A stretch of 64,000 bases of DNA from Candidatus Binatia bacterium. Its GTDB lineage: Bacteria > Desulfobacterota > Binatia > HRBIN30. This document shows positions 14,699 to 24,953 of this stretch, in pieces (positions within the stretch are counted from its first letter, which is position 1; each line of letters begins with the position of its first letter). The notes beneath the pieces were generated by a model. That model made no database searches, was not told the origin of the DNA, and was given only the letters and a program-made list of their open reading frames with translations. Location of the stretch: assembly GCA_038245295.1 (NCBI GenBank), contig JBBRSP010000006.1:64001-128000 (forward strand), read 5' to 3'. Both the position numbers and the translations under genes were made by a program.

Positions 14699-16414
14699 AT
14701 GCTTTCGTTCCCTCGCCTCGTCGGCGGCCAGTTTGCTGTCTCGGGTCTGCGCCTCGTTCTCGCAATCGCCCTGGCGATCGCGAGCCGTAACGCCTCAGCC
14801 GATTGGGGCCGACACGGTATGGTTGCCGCCGACCACCGTCTGGCCTCGCAAGCAGGTGTCGAGATGCTCAAACGCGGCGGCAATGCGGTCGACGCTGCCG
14901 TCGCCACGGCGTTTGCCGTCTGTGTGGTGAACCCGGCCTCCTGCGGCATCGGCGGCGGCGGCTTCATGGTCATCCATCTGGCCAAGCCACGACGCACGAT
15001 CACACTCGACTATCGCGAAGTGGCCCCAGCCGCGGCATCACGCGACATGTTTCTACGGCAAGGCAAGGCAGTACCCGACTTGAGCCGGATCGGTGGATTG
15101 GCGTCGGGGGTTCCCGGTGAAGTGGCAGGCCTGAGCCTCGCGTTAAAACGCTTCGGAACCTTGTCCCTCTCCACCGTGCTGCAACCCGCTATTCGCCTCG
15201 CACGCGATGGTTTCGCCGCCGAGGATCATCTCGTCAAAGAGATCCAGGAGAATCACGACGCCCTGGCGCGTGATGCCGTAATGTCACGCAACTTCCTGAG
15301 ACCTGACGGCACACCATTGGCAACTGGTGATTTGGTGAAACAGCCTGAGCTGGCTCGGACGCTGCAAGGGATCGCCCGTTCCGGCCCTGCCGCCTTCTAT
15401 CGCGGCGACGTCGCGCGGCAAATTGCCGCGGCGGTGCGACGAGCCGGCGGTGTACTGACGACACAGGACCTGGCGCGCTACCGCCCGACCTGGCGGCCAC
15501 CGGTGAGTACACGCTTCGCCGGTTACGACGTTTACTCAATGCCCCCGCCAAGCTCCGGCGGCGGCGTGCTCATCGAAGTGCTCGGCATGCTCGGGCATGA
15601 CGATTTGCCTGCCCTAGGACAGAACTCGCCAACCGCCTCACATTTGCTTGCCGAAGCGATGAAACACGCATTCGCCGACCGCGCCGTCTTCTACGGCGAC
15701 CCACAATTCGTCAATGTGCCGCTGCGGCGCTTGCTATCGCGCGCCAATCTTCAGAGCTTGCGACGCCGCATCAGCGCGGTGCGAACATTCCCGCAAGCGG
15801 ACTACGGAAGTGAACACCGCGCGGCGCAGTTACTGAACGACCACGGTACCTCACACCTGTCGGTCATGGACTCGCAGGGCAATGCCGTCGCCTGCACAAC
15901 TACGATCAACACGGCCTTCGGTGCTTTGTACAGCGCCGGTGACACGGGCATCATCATGAACAATCAAATGGACGACTTCTCGGCGCAACCTGGCGTCCCG
16001 AACGTCTTCGGGCTCATCGGCAACGATGCGAACGCCGTGGCGCCAGGCAAGCGACCGCTCAGCAGCATGACGCCGACGATCGTTCTGCATCGTGGCCGCC
16101 CCGTTCTCGCCGTCGGCGGTTCTGGCGGTCCGCTGATCATCAGCGGCACGCTGCAAGTCGTGCTCGACACTCTGGTCTACGGCATGGGCGCCGAAGAGGC
16201 GGTCAACGCGGCGCGTATCCATCACCAATGGGCTCCGCCGGTGTTGCTCGTCGAACCGGGCATCAGTCAGCCGACCAGAGAGTGGCTTGCGCGTAACGGC
16301 CACACTGTGAAAGAAGTCCGCGCCATGGCGGCGATCCAGGCAGTACGTTTTGACGGTGGACTCTTCGAAGGCGCCTCGGATCCTCGCAAGGGTGGCGTCG
16401 CCGTCGGTTGGTAA
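14699..16414 (+). CDS. ggt: Gamma-glutamyltransferase
   Basis: Signal peptide, GGNAVDAAVA, GIGGGGF, DYREVAP, HG-TSHLSV autocleavage Thr, NNQMDDF, PGKRPLSSMTPT. Confidence 0.96.
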   Translation: MLSFPRLVGGQFAVSGLRLVLAIALAIASRNASADWGRHGMVAADHRLASQAGVEMLKRGGNAVDAAVATAFAVCVVNPASCGIGGGGFMVIHLAKPRRTITLDYREVAPAAASRDMFLRQGKAVPDLSRIGGLASGVPGEVAGLSLALKRFGTLSLSTVLQPAIRLARDGFAAEDHLVKEIQENHDALARDAVMSRNFLRPDGTPLATGDLVKQPELARTLQGIARSGPAAFYRGDVARQIAAAVRRAGGVLTTQDLARYRPTWRPPVSTRFAGYDVYSMPPPSSGGGVLIEVLGMLGHDDLPALGQNSPTASHLLAEAMKHAFADRAVFYGDPQFVNVPLRRLLSRANLQSLRRRISAVRTFPQADYGSEHRAAQLLNDHGTSHLSVMDSQGNAVACTTTINTAFGALYSAGDTGIIMNNQMDDFSAQPGVPNVFGLIGNDANAVAPGKRPLSSMTPTIVLHRGRPVLAVGGSGGPLIISGTLQVVLDTLVYGMGAEEAVNAARIHHQWAPPVLLVEPGISQPTREWLARNGHTVKEVRAMAAIQAVRFDGGLFEGASDPRKGGVAVGW

Positions 16415-16415
16415 C

Positions 16416-17384
16416 GTGGCAGATTCACCGCAAGAGCAATCCAAGAAGCATTGGTGGTCATCGGCATGGTTCAAACTGTCGCTGAGCTGCGTCATGCTTG
16501 GCGTCCTACTGTGGCGAACCGATCGTTCCGATCTGGTTGATGCATTCAGCAAGGCCACGCCTGGCTGGGCACTCGCAGGATTCCTGACGTATCTCCTCAG
16601 CATGGTGGTCGCGGCGGTGCGGTGGACAATGCTCGCACGTCCGCTCGGGTTTGATGCGCCGCGTTCGCGATTCTTCGGATCCTATTTCACCGGCATGTAC
16701 ATGAACCTCTTCGCCCCGAGCACGGTCGCCGGAGACATCGCGCGTGCACTTTACATCGCCGGTGGCCCGGGTCGACGCGCTCTGGCGCTGACGACGGTCA
16801 TTGCCGATCGAGGTCTCGGCTTCGTCGTCCTCGTCGGCATCGGCGCAACCGCGATCCTCTTTCAACCGTCGTACGGACTGCCACCGCTGGTGTACTATGG
16901 TGCATGGGTCGTCCCGCCAGCGACAGTTCTTGGTTGGCTCTATGGTCCGAAGCTGGTGGTAAGGTTCCTTCCGCGACAGAATCGTTGGCGGCAGATGGTT
17001 GAAACCGACCTGCATCCCTATTGGAAAGACTACCGCCTACTGATCGAGACCAGCGCGGTAGCCGCTGCCTTCCACCTGCTACAGATCTTCTCCCAAACCT
17101 TCATCGCCTGGTCGCTCGGCCTTGATATACCGTGGGCGTATTTCTTGATTTTCATCCCGATCGTCAACATCGCCGGCATGGCGCCGATCAGTTTCAGCGG
17201 TATCGGTGTGCGCGAGACCGGCTATGTCTATTTCCTCGGCCGGTTAGCGGTCGAACGCCACGATGCCGTGGCTCTCGGCTTGCTTGCCAGCGGCGTGGTT
17301 CTGCTCTCCGGACTGGCGGGTGGGCTGGTGTACCTGGTCTGGGATGCACCGAAGCCGGCATCGTTCCCGACCCGCAGCGCTTGA
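16416..17384 (+). CDS. Lysylphosphatidylglycerol-synthase-TM/UPF0104 flippase-like membrane protein
   Basis: Multi-TM; RW, NLFAPSTVAGD, DR and PISFSGIGVRE motifs. GTG start 1 nt after the ggt stop. Confidence 0.85.
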   Translation: MADSPQEQSKKHWWSSAWFKLSLSCVMLGVLLWRTDRSDLVDAFSKATPGWALAGFLTYLLSMVVAAVRWTMLARPLGFDAPRSRFFGSYFTGMYMNLFAPSTVAGDIARALYIAGGPGRRALALTTVIADRGLGFVVLVGIGATAILFQPSYGLPPLVYYGAWVVPPATVLGWLYGPKLVVRFLPRQNRWRQMVETDLHPYWKDYRLLIETSAVAAAFHLLQIFSQTFIAWSLGLDIPWAYFLIFIPIVNIAGMAPISFSGIGVRETGYVYFLGRLAVERHDAVALGLLASGVVLLSGLAGGLVYLVWDAPKPASFPTRSA

Positions 17385-17392
17385 GGCGCGGG

Positions 17393-17806
17393 TCAGAATC
17401 CTACTTCTTCAAAACTGACGATCTCCGCCGTTGTCTTGAAGCGCCCGTCGGCACGCGCCGGCAAGGGCGGAGACGGCCTGTAACTAAAGGCGACCTTTTC
17501 ACCTGAAGGGAGATCCGTGGGGTGAACGTAGTACATGGCTCGCGCCGGATTATCGATTCCAGGGTGCTGCTCATCGCGCCACAACCACGCGTGACGGATA
17601 AGGACCTTGATACCACGCAGAGCATAGCGTGAGTGGTTGACGAGGGTGCCCGACACGTCGCCCTCGTGAATTGCGACGTTCTCAAGGGTCACGGTCTCGG
17701 TAACCTCTCGGTTGTTGGTTACCCGTTCGGCAACCTGGGCGCCGACTGCACCGACACGCAACGCGATTGCGCCGACCACGATGAAACACGTTGCCAACCT
17801 CTTCAT
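17393..17806 (-). CDS. Secreted hypothetical protein (Ig-like, FxLYD-like beta sandwich)
   Basis: Signal peptide; VSGTLVNHS...LPSGEKVAFSY pattern; GGGAGG RBS. Confidence 0.7.
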   Translation of the reverse strand: MKRLATCFIVVGAIALRVGAVGAQVAERVTNNREVTETVTLENVAIHEGDVSGTLVNHSRYALRGIKVLIRHAWLWRDEQHPGIDNPARAMYYVHPTDLPSGEKVAFSYRPSPPLPARADGRFKTTAEIVSFEEVGF

Positions 17807-17951
17807 GGCTCGATCCTCCCTGCCCTGGTGCGCTTACTAAAGAACGGCGATGAGGGGAAGTTGGAATTCGCCTCGGGGCGTGCGGCAGGCACCACGCACA
17901 CGCCTCTGTCTACATTGATCTCGTTGACGCTCGTCGCTACCCCGAACAGCG

Positions 17952-18470
17952 ATGACTACATCGCCCTCGTGGCGACGCCCGTGGGGTCCGCCGATCCGTC
18001 CGGGCACGCGGCCCGACTTCTCGATCATCCTACCCGAACTTCTGGTCGGTCAGTATCCGACACCTGCCGACGCAAGCTGGTTGTCGCGCGAGCATGGAGT
18101 TCGCACAGTAGTCAACTTGCAGGATGACGGCGACCTGAACAGCAAGGGACTCCGCTCAGAGGAGCTCGAAGTCGCCTACCGCACGATCGGGATTGCCTAC
18201 CATCGCCTGCCGATCACGGATTGCGACAATGCCATGCTGCGCGCGCGCCTTGCTGACTGTCTGCGCACGCTCGCCACCGCGATTCGCGACTCGCCTCGCG
18301 TCTACCTACATTGCAACGCCGGTATGAACCGCGCCCCTACCGTCGCCATCGCCTATTTGCACACGCATCAAGGCTTGTCCCTCGCCGAAGCGCGCCACTT
18401 CTTTGGGCAGCGGCGCCATTGCGTCCCCTACATGACGGTGTTGGAGGAATACTTCACCGCCAAACCGTGA
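17952..18470 (+). CDS. Dual-specificity/tyrosine protein phosphatase family
   Basis: VYLHCNAGMNRAPT CX5R active-site loop; VVNLQ; LPITD acid loop. Confidence 0.9.
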   Translation: MTTSPSWRRPWGPPIRPGTRPDFSIILPELLVGQYPTPADASWLSREHGVRTVVNLQDDGDLNSKGLRSEELEVAYRTIGIAYHRLPITDCDNAMLRARLADCLRTLATAIRDSPRVYLHCNAGMNRAPTVAIAYLHTHQGLSLAEARHFFGQRRHCVPYMTVLEEYFTAKP

Positions 18471-18569
18471 ACAGAACCACATCTCTGGTTGACCCAGGTG
18501 CTGTGTTCGCTAGTGTTCACGCTCGCCGTTAGACGCCGGAACAGTTCGTCCGGTACGCGCCAAATTCAA

Positions 18570-20501
18570 ATGTCCGAACACGACTCATCGCATCCTCTGA
18601 AAGCGGAGCACTCGGCGCACGGCGCACACGGAAACCAAACCTCTTTGGCGCTCAGTCTCGCCGCACTCGGTGTCGTCTATGGCGACATTGGGACTTCCCC
18701 ACTCTACGCCGTGCGGGAGTGCTTCATTGGGCCGCACGCGGTGCCGATTCAATCGGCAAACGTCCTCGGCGTTCTCTCTCTGATCTTCTGGTCGCTCATC
18801 GTCGTTATATCGGTCAAGTATTTGCTGTTCGTCATGCGCGCCGACAACGAGGGCGAGGGTGGGATTCTCGCCCTACTGGCGTTGATTGCCCCACGTGGCG
18901 CGTCGACCTCGCGTCGCGCCACCCTGATCCTGCTCGGTTTGTTCGGCGCGGCGCTCCTATACGGGGATGGAGTCATCACGCCAGCGATCTCGGTGCTCTC
19001 CGCCATTGAAGGCTTCAATGTCGCCACCGATGCGTTCGAACCGTTCATTCTACCGATCGCGATCGGAATCCTGTTCGCTTTGTTTGCCATGCAACGGCGC
19101 GGCACCGCCGGTCTAGGTGCCATCTTCGGCCCGACGATGTTGGTCTGGTTCGTCAGCATCGGCGCACTTGGGCTTTATGCAATTCTGACCCAGCCCACCA
19201 AGAGCGTCTCGGTGCTCAACGCCGTCAATCCATGGTATGCCTTGGCGTTCTTCTATCGCAACGGGGCCCACGGATTCTTCATCCTCGGCTCGGTAGTCCT
19301 CTGTGTCACCGGCGGCGAAGCCCTCTATGCCGACATGGGCCACTTCGGCCCGACACCCATCCGACGAGCATGGTATGCTGTTGTGTTTCCTGGCTTGCTG
19401 CTCAACTACTTCGGTCAAGGCGCGCTCCTCCTCGCCGAGAAAGGTGAGGTCGCCAATCCGTTTTTCGAGCTGGCGCCTACCTGGGCGCTGTACCCGCTCG
19501 TCATCCTGGCAACGGCAGCGACGATCATCGCTTCCCAAGCGCTGATCTCCGGATCATTCTCGCTCACGCAACAGGCAACTCAGCTGGGCTACATGCCGCG
19601 TTTCACCATCGTGCATACGTCCGACAAGGCGGCCGGACAGATCTTCATCCCCGAAGTGAATCGGGCGCTGATGGTCGCCTGTGTCGTCCTGGTGCTCGGC
19701 TTCAAGACCTCGAGCAATCTGGCGGCTGCCTATGGCATCGCCGTCACCGGAACGATGGCCGTCACGACAATTCTCTTTTACGTCGTTGCTCGCGAGCTGT
19801 GGAAGTGGCCGGCCTGGAAGGCTGGTTCTGTTGTCGCCGTCTTCTTGGCATTTGATCTCGCCTTCTTCTCGGCCAACCTCGCAAAAGTCTTCGACGGAGG
19901 ATGGTTCCCCTTAGTCGTGGGCCTTGCCGTCTTTACGATGCTGACAACCTGGAAACGCGGCCGCAGCGAGGTCGGTTCCATTCTGGCTAAGGCCGGCCTA
20001 CCGCTCGACCTGTTCTTGGCCGACATAGAAGCGCAACAGCCATACCGGGTCCCCGGAACCGCCGTCGTGATGACTTCCAATCCCGAGGGAGTACCTGCCG
20101 TCTTGTTGCATCACTTCAAACACAACAAGACCTTGCACGAGCGCGTCGTACTTCTCTCCATCGTCACAGAGAAACGCCCCGAAGTCGCCGACGACGAACG
20201 CATCGACGTGACAAATCTGAGCCACGGCTTCTATCGTGTCGTTGCTCACTTCGGCTTCATGGAAACGCCACGCATTCAGCGCATCATGCACTTGTGCCAC
20301 GCCAAGGGGTTGGCGTTCGATATGATGGCAACCACCTTCGTCCTGGGTCGCGAGACGCTCCTGCCGACAGGCCGGGCCCGCATGGCGACGTGGCGTAAGC
20401 GACTATTTGCCTTCCTGGCGCGTAATACACCGTCGGCCACGGCGTATTACGAGATCCCACCCAATCGCGTCATCGAGCTCGGCGCCCAGCTCGAACTCTA
20501 G
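18570..20501 (+). CDS. kup: KUP/HAK/KT potassium transporter
   Basis: LGVVYGDIGTSPLYA, ADNEGEGG, YGDGVITPAISVLSA, TGGEALYADMGHF. Start set at ATG 18570. Confidence 0.97.
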   Translation: MSEHDSSHPLKAEHSAHGAHGNQTSLALSLAALGVVYGDIGTSPLYAVRECFIGPHAVPIQSANVLGVLSLIFWSLIVVISVKYLLFVMRADNEGEGGILALLALIAPRGASTSRRATLILLGLFGAALLYGDGVITPAISVLSAIEGFNVATDAFEPFILPIAIGILFALFAMQRRGTAGLGAIFGPTMLVWFVSIGALGLYAILTQPTKSVSVLNAVNPWYALAFFYRNGAHGFFILGSVVLCVTGGEALYADMGHFGPTPIRRAWYAVVFPGLLLNYFGQGALLLAEKGEVANPFFELAPTWALYPLVILATAATIIASQALISGSFSLTQQATQLGYMPRFTIVHTSDKAAGQIFIPEVNRALMVACVVLVLGFKTSSNLAAAYGIAVTGTMAVTTILFYVVARELWKWPAWKAGSVVAVFLAFDLAFFSANLAKVFDGGWFPLVVGLAVFTMLTTWKRGRSEVGSILAKAGLPLDLFLADIEAQQPYRVPGTAVVMTSNPEGVPAVLLHHFKHNKTLHERVVLLSIVTEKRPEVADDERIDVTNLSHGFYRVVAHFGFMETPRIQRIMHLCHAKGLAFDMMATTFVLGRETLLPTGRARMATWRKRLFAFLARNTPSATAYYEIPPNRVIELGAQLEL

Positions 20502-20789
20502 TCACCAGCCCCTGTTCGGCGGCATGCGTTCGTTAGCCGGACCGCCACGACCCGCCCAACGCCCTTCAGGTGGAAGAACACGTCGCCGTGGTGGAGGTCT
20601 TGAATCCGACCATCACAGGATACGGGGAGCGGCTGCAATTCGAGGGATCGGTCACGTGGCAAAATCACACGCGGAGGCTCATACTGGTACTCGCGAGACA
20701 CTGATCCGTAGACGCCGGGAGGCGCCGATCTGCAGAGGCGAAATGTTGAATGATGTGGTTGCGCTGCCAGCGGCAGCACAGGGGAACGC

Positions 20790-20945
20790 TCAGGCGAGCG
20801 CGCGCTTGGCTTTCGTCACCACCACCACCTCCTGCCCATTGACCCGCACAGTCCTTCTGTCGTTCGGGTTTTGCCGCCCCCCCTGCTTCTGGGCTCGGGC
20901 TTCACGCCACTTCTGTAGCTCTTTTTCCAAATTGTCTTTGGCCAC
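20790..20945 (-). CDS. 51-aa basic microprotein downstream of the sigma factor gene
   Basis: Not in the ORF track. MAKDNLEKELQKWREARAQKQGGRQNPNDRRTVRVNGQEVVVVTKAKRALA*; GTG start after AAAGGAGAAGGGAGGGAAA; 25 nt after the sigma stop. Confidence 0.7.
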   Translation of the reverse strand: MAKDNLEKELQKWREARAQKQGGRQNPNDRRTVRVNGQEVVVVTKAKRALA

Positions 20946-20970
20946 TTTCCCTCCCTTCTCCTTTACGGAT

Positions 20971-22746
20971 CTAACTGTTGTTCACGAAGGCCTCGATCGA
21001 CTTGGCACGACTCGGGTGCCGCAGCTTGCGCAATGCCTTCGCTTCAATCTGGCGAATACGTTCGCGGGTTACCGCGAAACGCTGGCCAACTTCTTCCAAT
21101 GTGTAATCGGATTTTTCACCGATGCCGAAGCGCATGCGCAAGATCTGCTCCTCACGTGGGGTGAGAGTCGCCAGAACCTTGCGGGTCTGCTCCTCGAGGC
21201 TGGTGTAAACGGCGGCGTCGGAAGGCGACACAGTCTGGCGATCCTCGACAAAATCGCCCAGCGAACTCTCTTCCTCGTCGCCAATCGGAGTCTCCAGCGA
21301 CACCGGCTCTTTGACGATGCGAAGAACCTTGCGCACCTTGTCGAGCGGCATCTCCATCTTCGCCGCGATCTCTTCGGGCGTAGGTTCGCGGCCCAGTTGC
21401 TGTACCAGGTAGCGCGAGGAGCGGACGACTTTATTGATCGTCTCGATCATATGGACCGGGATACGGATCGTGCGTGCCTGGTCCGCAATGGCGCGGCTCA
21501 CCGACTGACGGATCCACCACGTCGCGTAGGTCGAAAATTTGTAGCCGCGTTGATACTCGAACTTCTCGACGGCGCGCATGAGGCCGATGTTGCCCTCTTG
21601 CACGAGGTCGAGGAAACCGAGGCCGCGGTTGGTGTACCGTTTGGCAATACTGACCACCAACCGAAGGTTGGCTTCGATCAGGCGCTTCTTCCCTTCTTGA
21701 GCCTTGTCTTCACCCGAGCGGATGATGCGCAGGGCGCGCGACAAGTTCTCGAAATCCATGCCGACTTCCCGCTCGGCTTCCGCCATTCGACGGCGCGCGT
21801 TGCGCACATCCTCAACCAGATTGCGCGCCTGCTCGACGCCCAGCTTCAGACGTCGACTCGCCGTGGTCGCCTCGCGCGAGTCTTCCGAGCGCACCTTCCC
21901 GGAGGAGCGCAGAATCTCGGCGGCGGGCTTGCCGCTGCGGCGCTCGAGCACCGCAATGACATCTTGCTGCTGGTCGATGAAACGCCATGCCATACGCAGC
22001 TTTTCGGTGATACTGGCAATGTGGCGCCGGCCGATCTCTAAACCTTCCAGCAGCTTGCGCGTCTTCAGGTCGAGTTGCTTCGATTTGCGCTCGATCTGCA
22101 GGACAGCCTTGGGTTGAGCTCGCTTCTGACGCAGTTCCTCATCAAGCTCGCGCCGCTCCACCACCAACCGTCGCAACTTCTCGAGTTGCTTGAGGATCAA
22201 CCCTTCGGGCTCTTCCTCCACAATCTCTTCCGACTCGAGGTCGGTTTCCTCGACCTGCTCTTCGTCCAGGAGATCCCGCTCAGACATCTCCCCGGCGATG
22301 ATGCGATCAGCCAACTCGAGGAGGTACGAGCGCGTGAATGGTAGCTCGAGGACCTGTTCGCGGACGTCGGTCTCACCCGCCTCGATCTGCTTGGCAATCT
22401 CAACTTCTTGTTCGCGGGTCAGCAGCGAGACGGCGCCCATCTCCTGCAGGTACATGCGAACCGGATCGGAGGTATCCTCGGCGAAGCTCTTCTCTTCGCG
22501 CTCCTCCTCAACCCAGTCCTCTTTCGCGTCTTCTTTATCGGCGAGATTCGGTTCGGCAAGGGGGTCGACGGCTTCCACGTCGATCTCGCCGAGCATGGTA
22601 ATCGCTCCATCAAGCTCGTCGGAGGGCGTCGGATCCTCGGGAGACGGATCGGCAGCCTCTTCTACGAACGGCGCAGGACCGGCCCCAGCCTTGACTGACT
22701 TCTTGGCGCTTGATTCGCGCCGCTTCTCGGACCGTCGCTCCTTCAC
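20971..22746 (-). CDS. rpoD: RpoD-like (sigma70 group 1/2) sigma factor
   Basis: Region 1.2 [11 protein letters not shown], long non-conserved region, [11 protein letters not shown]...QEGNIGLM...[11 protein letters not shown], region 4 [27 protein letters not shown]. Start uncertain (GTG 22746 or ATG 22767). Confidence 0.9.
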   Translation of the reverse strand: MKERRSEKRRESSAKKSVKAGAGPAPFVEEAADPSPEDPTPSDELDGAITMLGEIDVEAVDPLAEPNLADKEDAKEDWVEEEREEKSFAEDTSDPVRMYLQEMGAVSLLTREQEVEIAKQIEAGETDVREQVLELPFTRSYLLELADRIIAGEMSERDLLDEEQVEETDLESEEIVEEEPEGLILKQLEKLRRLVVERRELDEELRQKRAQPKAVLQIERKSKQLDLKTRKLLEGLEIGRRHIASITEKLRMAWRFIDQQQDVIAVLERRSGKPAAEILRSSGKVRSEDSREATTASRRLKLGVEQARNLVEDVRNARRRMAEAEREVGMDFENLSRALRIIRSGEDKAQEGKKRLIEANLRLVVSIAKRYTNRGLGFLDLVQEGNIGLMRAVEKFEYQRGYKFSTYATWWIRQSVSRAIADQARTIRIPVHMIETINKVVRSSRYLVQQLGREPTPEEIAAKMEMPLDKVRKVLRIVKEPVSLETPIGDEEESSLGDFVEDRQTVSPSDAAVYTSLEEQTRKVLATLTPREEQILRMRFGIGEKSDYTLEEVGQRFAVTRERIRQIEAKALRKLRHPSRAKSIEAFVNNS

Positions 22747-22947
22747 GCGGCAACCCCCCTGGCACATCCTATCGCTCGGAGTTCCGAGACGAAGCAGTCG
22801 GTAAAGTTCGTCGTGTGGGACTCGCTCACGGCTAAGTCCGATGAATGGCTATTGATGACGCGTTCCACTTTGTCGATCGTCGCGTCGCTACACGCAGCGC
22901 TTTCGACGGCGAATTCACTGGATAAAAGCTTCGCTTGAATATTTTTG

Positions 22948-22976
22948 GTTGTAGACACCTTGATGTAGGCAGTCAA
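22948..22976 (-). promoter_or_regulatory. Candidate sigma70 promoter for the sigma factor gene
   Basis: TTGACT-N17-TACAAC in an AT-richer patch about 200 nt upstream of the start. Confidence 0.4.
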
Positions 22977-23050
22977 GGCATTTCATGGCGCGAACATGCA
23001 TGTCGCATCACAACGAAATCAATTCACACTCGCTTCGACGAAGCCGCACT

Positions 23051-24277
23051 TCAGCGGGCGCGACGACGAGCCGGCTTCGATCGAACGGGCACCGCGACGT
23101 TACGTTTCCCGCGTCGCGCTGCTGCTGTTTTCAGCGGCACACACTCGAGGATTTCCAGGTCGTAGCCGGGTAGGCTCACGAGATTGCGAGCGTAGTTGCT
23201 GAGCAGGCGAATCTTGCGCACACCGATATCGCGAAGAATCTGCGCGCCGATGCCGTAATCGCGGAAGTCGCGCTGCAACGTTGCGGTGTCTGTACTCGGA
23301 CGACTGCTGCGCTTCTTCTCCTGCTGCAGCTCGAGGATTTCGGAACCGCGGCCTTCGCGCCGCAAGTAGAGAACGACGCCCTTGCCCGCTGTACCGATTT
23401 CTTCCATCGCCTGATGCAGGAGCGCAGCCGTGTCGCGTTCGGCCATATTGAACACGTCGCCTGGTAGAAACTCAGCGTGGGCACGCACCAAGACCGGCTC
23501 ATCGGGCTGGATATCGCCCTTGACGAGAGCCACATGCTCTCCGTCGTCGACGTCGGTGTGGTACACGAGAATACGGAATTCGCCGCCATAGATACTACCC
23601 AGGCGCGCCTCGGCAACGCGGTGCACCAGGGAGTCATTGCGCAATCGATACTGAATCAAATCGGCGATCGTACAAATCTTGAGCCCGTGCGTCGCCGCGA
23701 ACCGCTCGACGTCCGGAAGACGCGCCATCGATCCGTCGTCCTTCATGATCTCGCAAATGATCGCCGCCGGGCGCAATCCGGCGAGCCGAGACAGATCTAC
23801 AGAGCCTTCCGTCTGCCCGGTACGTACCAGGACACCGCCGCGCCGGGCCCGCAGCGGGAAAATATGACCGGGGGTTACTAGATCGTTTGGCCGCGCACCA
23901 TCACGGATCGCTGTCTTGATCGTCATCGCACGGTCGGCCGCGGAGATGCCGTTGGTTATGCCGTGTCGGGCATCGATCGCCACGGTGAAAGCCGTGCCGA
24001 GCGGAGCACGATTCTCGGAGACCATCATGCTCAAGCCAAGCTCGGCGATACGAGACTCGGTTAGCGTCAGGCAGATCAGCCCGCGGCCGTATTTTGCCAT
24101 GAAGTTGATCGCTTCGGGCGTGACCTTCTCCGCCGCCATGCAGAGGTCACCCTCGTTCTCGCGGCTCTCGTCGTCCATCAGGACGACCATCTTGCCGGCA
24201 CGAATGTCGGCTATGGCGTCTTCGATCGGGCTGATCAGACTCGGGCGCTTCGGTGCCGGCCGGAAGGTTGTAAACAT
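23051..24277 (-). CDS. ribB: DHBP synthase fused to degenerate GTP cyclohydrolase II domain (RibBX)
   Basis: [41 protein letters not shown] are intact. The C-terminal domain reads [19 protein letters not shown], without the Zn-binding cysteines. Confidence 0.9.
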   Translation of the reverse strand: MFTTFRPAPKRPSLISPIEDAIADIRAGKMVVLMDDESRENEGDLCMAAEKVTPEAINFMAKYGRGLICLTLTESRIAELGLSMMVSENRAPLGTAFTVAIDARHGITNGISAADRAMTIKTAIRDGARPNDLVTPGHIFPLRARRGGVLVRTGQTEGSVDLSRLAGLRPAAIICEIMKDDGSMARLPDVERFAATHGLKICTIADLIQYRLRNDSLVHRVAEARLGSIYGGEFRILVYHTDVDDGEHVALVKGDIQPDEPVLVRAHAEFLPGDVFNMAERDTAALLHQAMEEIGTAGKGVVLYLRREGRGSEILELQQEKKRSSRPSTDTATLQRDFRDYGIGAQILRDIGVRKIRLLSNYARNLVSLPGYDLEILECVPLKTAAARRGKRNVAVPVRSKPARRRAR

Positions 24278-24403
24278 CGGCACGAGGTATAGCGTGATGG
24301 CCAACCTCAGAAAAGCAAGGCATCGCGACGTTTGTGCCCTTGCCACACGTGGGTATGTCGTGGATTATGCCGCCGACCAAAGGTTTTGTCTCGGGAGAAC
24401 GTA

Positions 24404-24880
24404 GTGCGGTTCATTGATGGGTTGGTGGGAGAGGCGGTGATCGTAGGCCCAGCGTGGAACTCGTTCCAGGCAACGATCGAAGGCCTCGTTGGGTTGTTGG
24501 TGGCGCAAGGTCGCGTACCGTTACCAATCGCCGACGTGGCCGTTCGTACGATTTGCGAACGAGAGCGGTTCGCCAGCACGGCGATGGTCGACATCGGGGT
24601 CAGCATTCCCCACGCTCGCGTCGAAGGGGTTGATGGGATCGTTGCCGCCTTGGCCGTGTCGCCGCGATCGGTCTACGAGGTCGCCGACGGCCTACCGATC
24701 ACAATTGTGGCCTTGGTTCTTTCCTCCCCCGACTTGAGCGGCGAACACCTCAACTTCCTCGCCTCGCTATCAATCCTCTTACAATCCGATCTGATGCGTC
24801 GGCGCCTACGTGAGGCCAGAGACGTCGGTGAAGTCCTACGCCTGGTCCGCGAAAGCGACCCGGTACGTTCCCAAAGTTGA
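24404..24880 (+). CDS. Stand-alone PTS EIIA (fructose/mannitol/Ntr type)
   Basis: ERERFAST...GVSIPHAR phospho-His motif and HLNFLASLS. GTG start after a GGAG RBS. Confidence 0.88.
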   Translation: MRFIDGLVGEAVIVGPAWNSFQATIEGLVGLLVAQGRVPLPIADVAVRTICERERFASTAMVDIGVSIPHARVEGVDGIVAALAVSPRSVYEVADGLPITIVALVLSSPDLSGEHLNFLASLSILLQSDLMRRRLREARDVGEVLRLVRESDPVRSQS

Positions 24881-24953
24881 CAGAGCACCCTGGCGAATAG
24901 GCTACCGGTGCGCTTCATTGCTGCTATGGTCCCGGACGATTTGAGGATGCCCC

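Noticed and set aside
18471..18569. c-di-AMP (ydaO) riboswitch upstream of kup
   Set aside because: The gap is only about 100 nt and lacks the consensus; it holds only a promoter-like TTGACC-N16-TAGTGT.
20498..20779. 93-aa minus-strand ORF between kup and the microprotein, with a codon-aligned 44-aa ORF on the plus strand
   Set aside because: Neither has a convincing RBS or motif and codon bias does not separate them; left uncalled, though not excluded.
20407..22041. 544-aa plus-strand ORF
   Set aside because: Mostly antisense to the sigma factor gene; a stop-poor shadow frame typical of high-GC DNA, with no motifs.
22743..22976. 77-aa ORF upstream of the sigma factor
   Set aside because: Its TTG start is the -35 box of the candidate promoter; more likely promoter plus 5' UTR.
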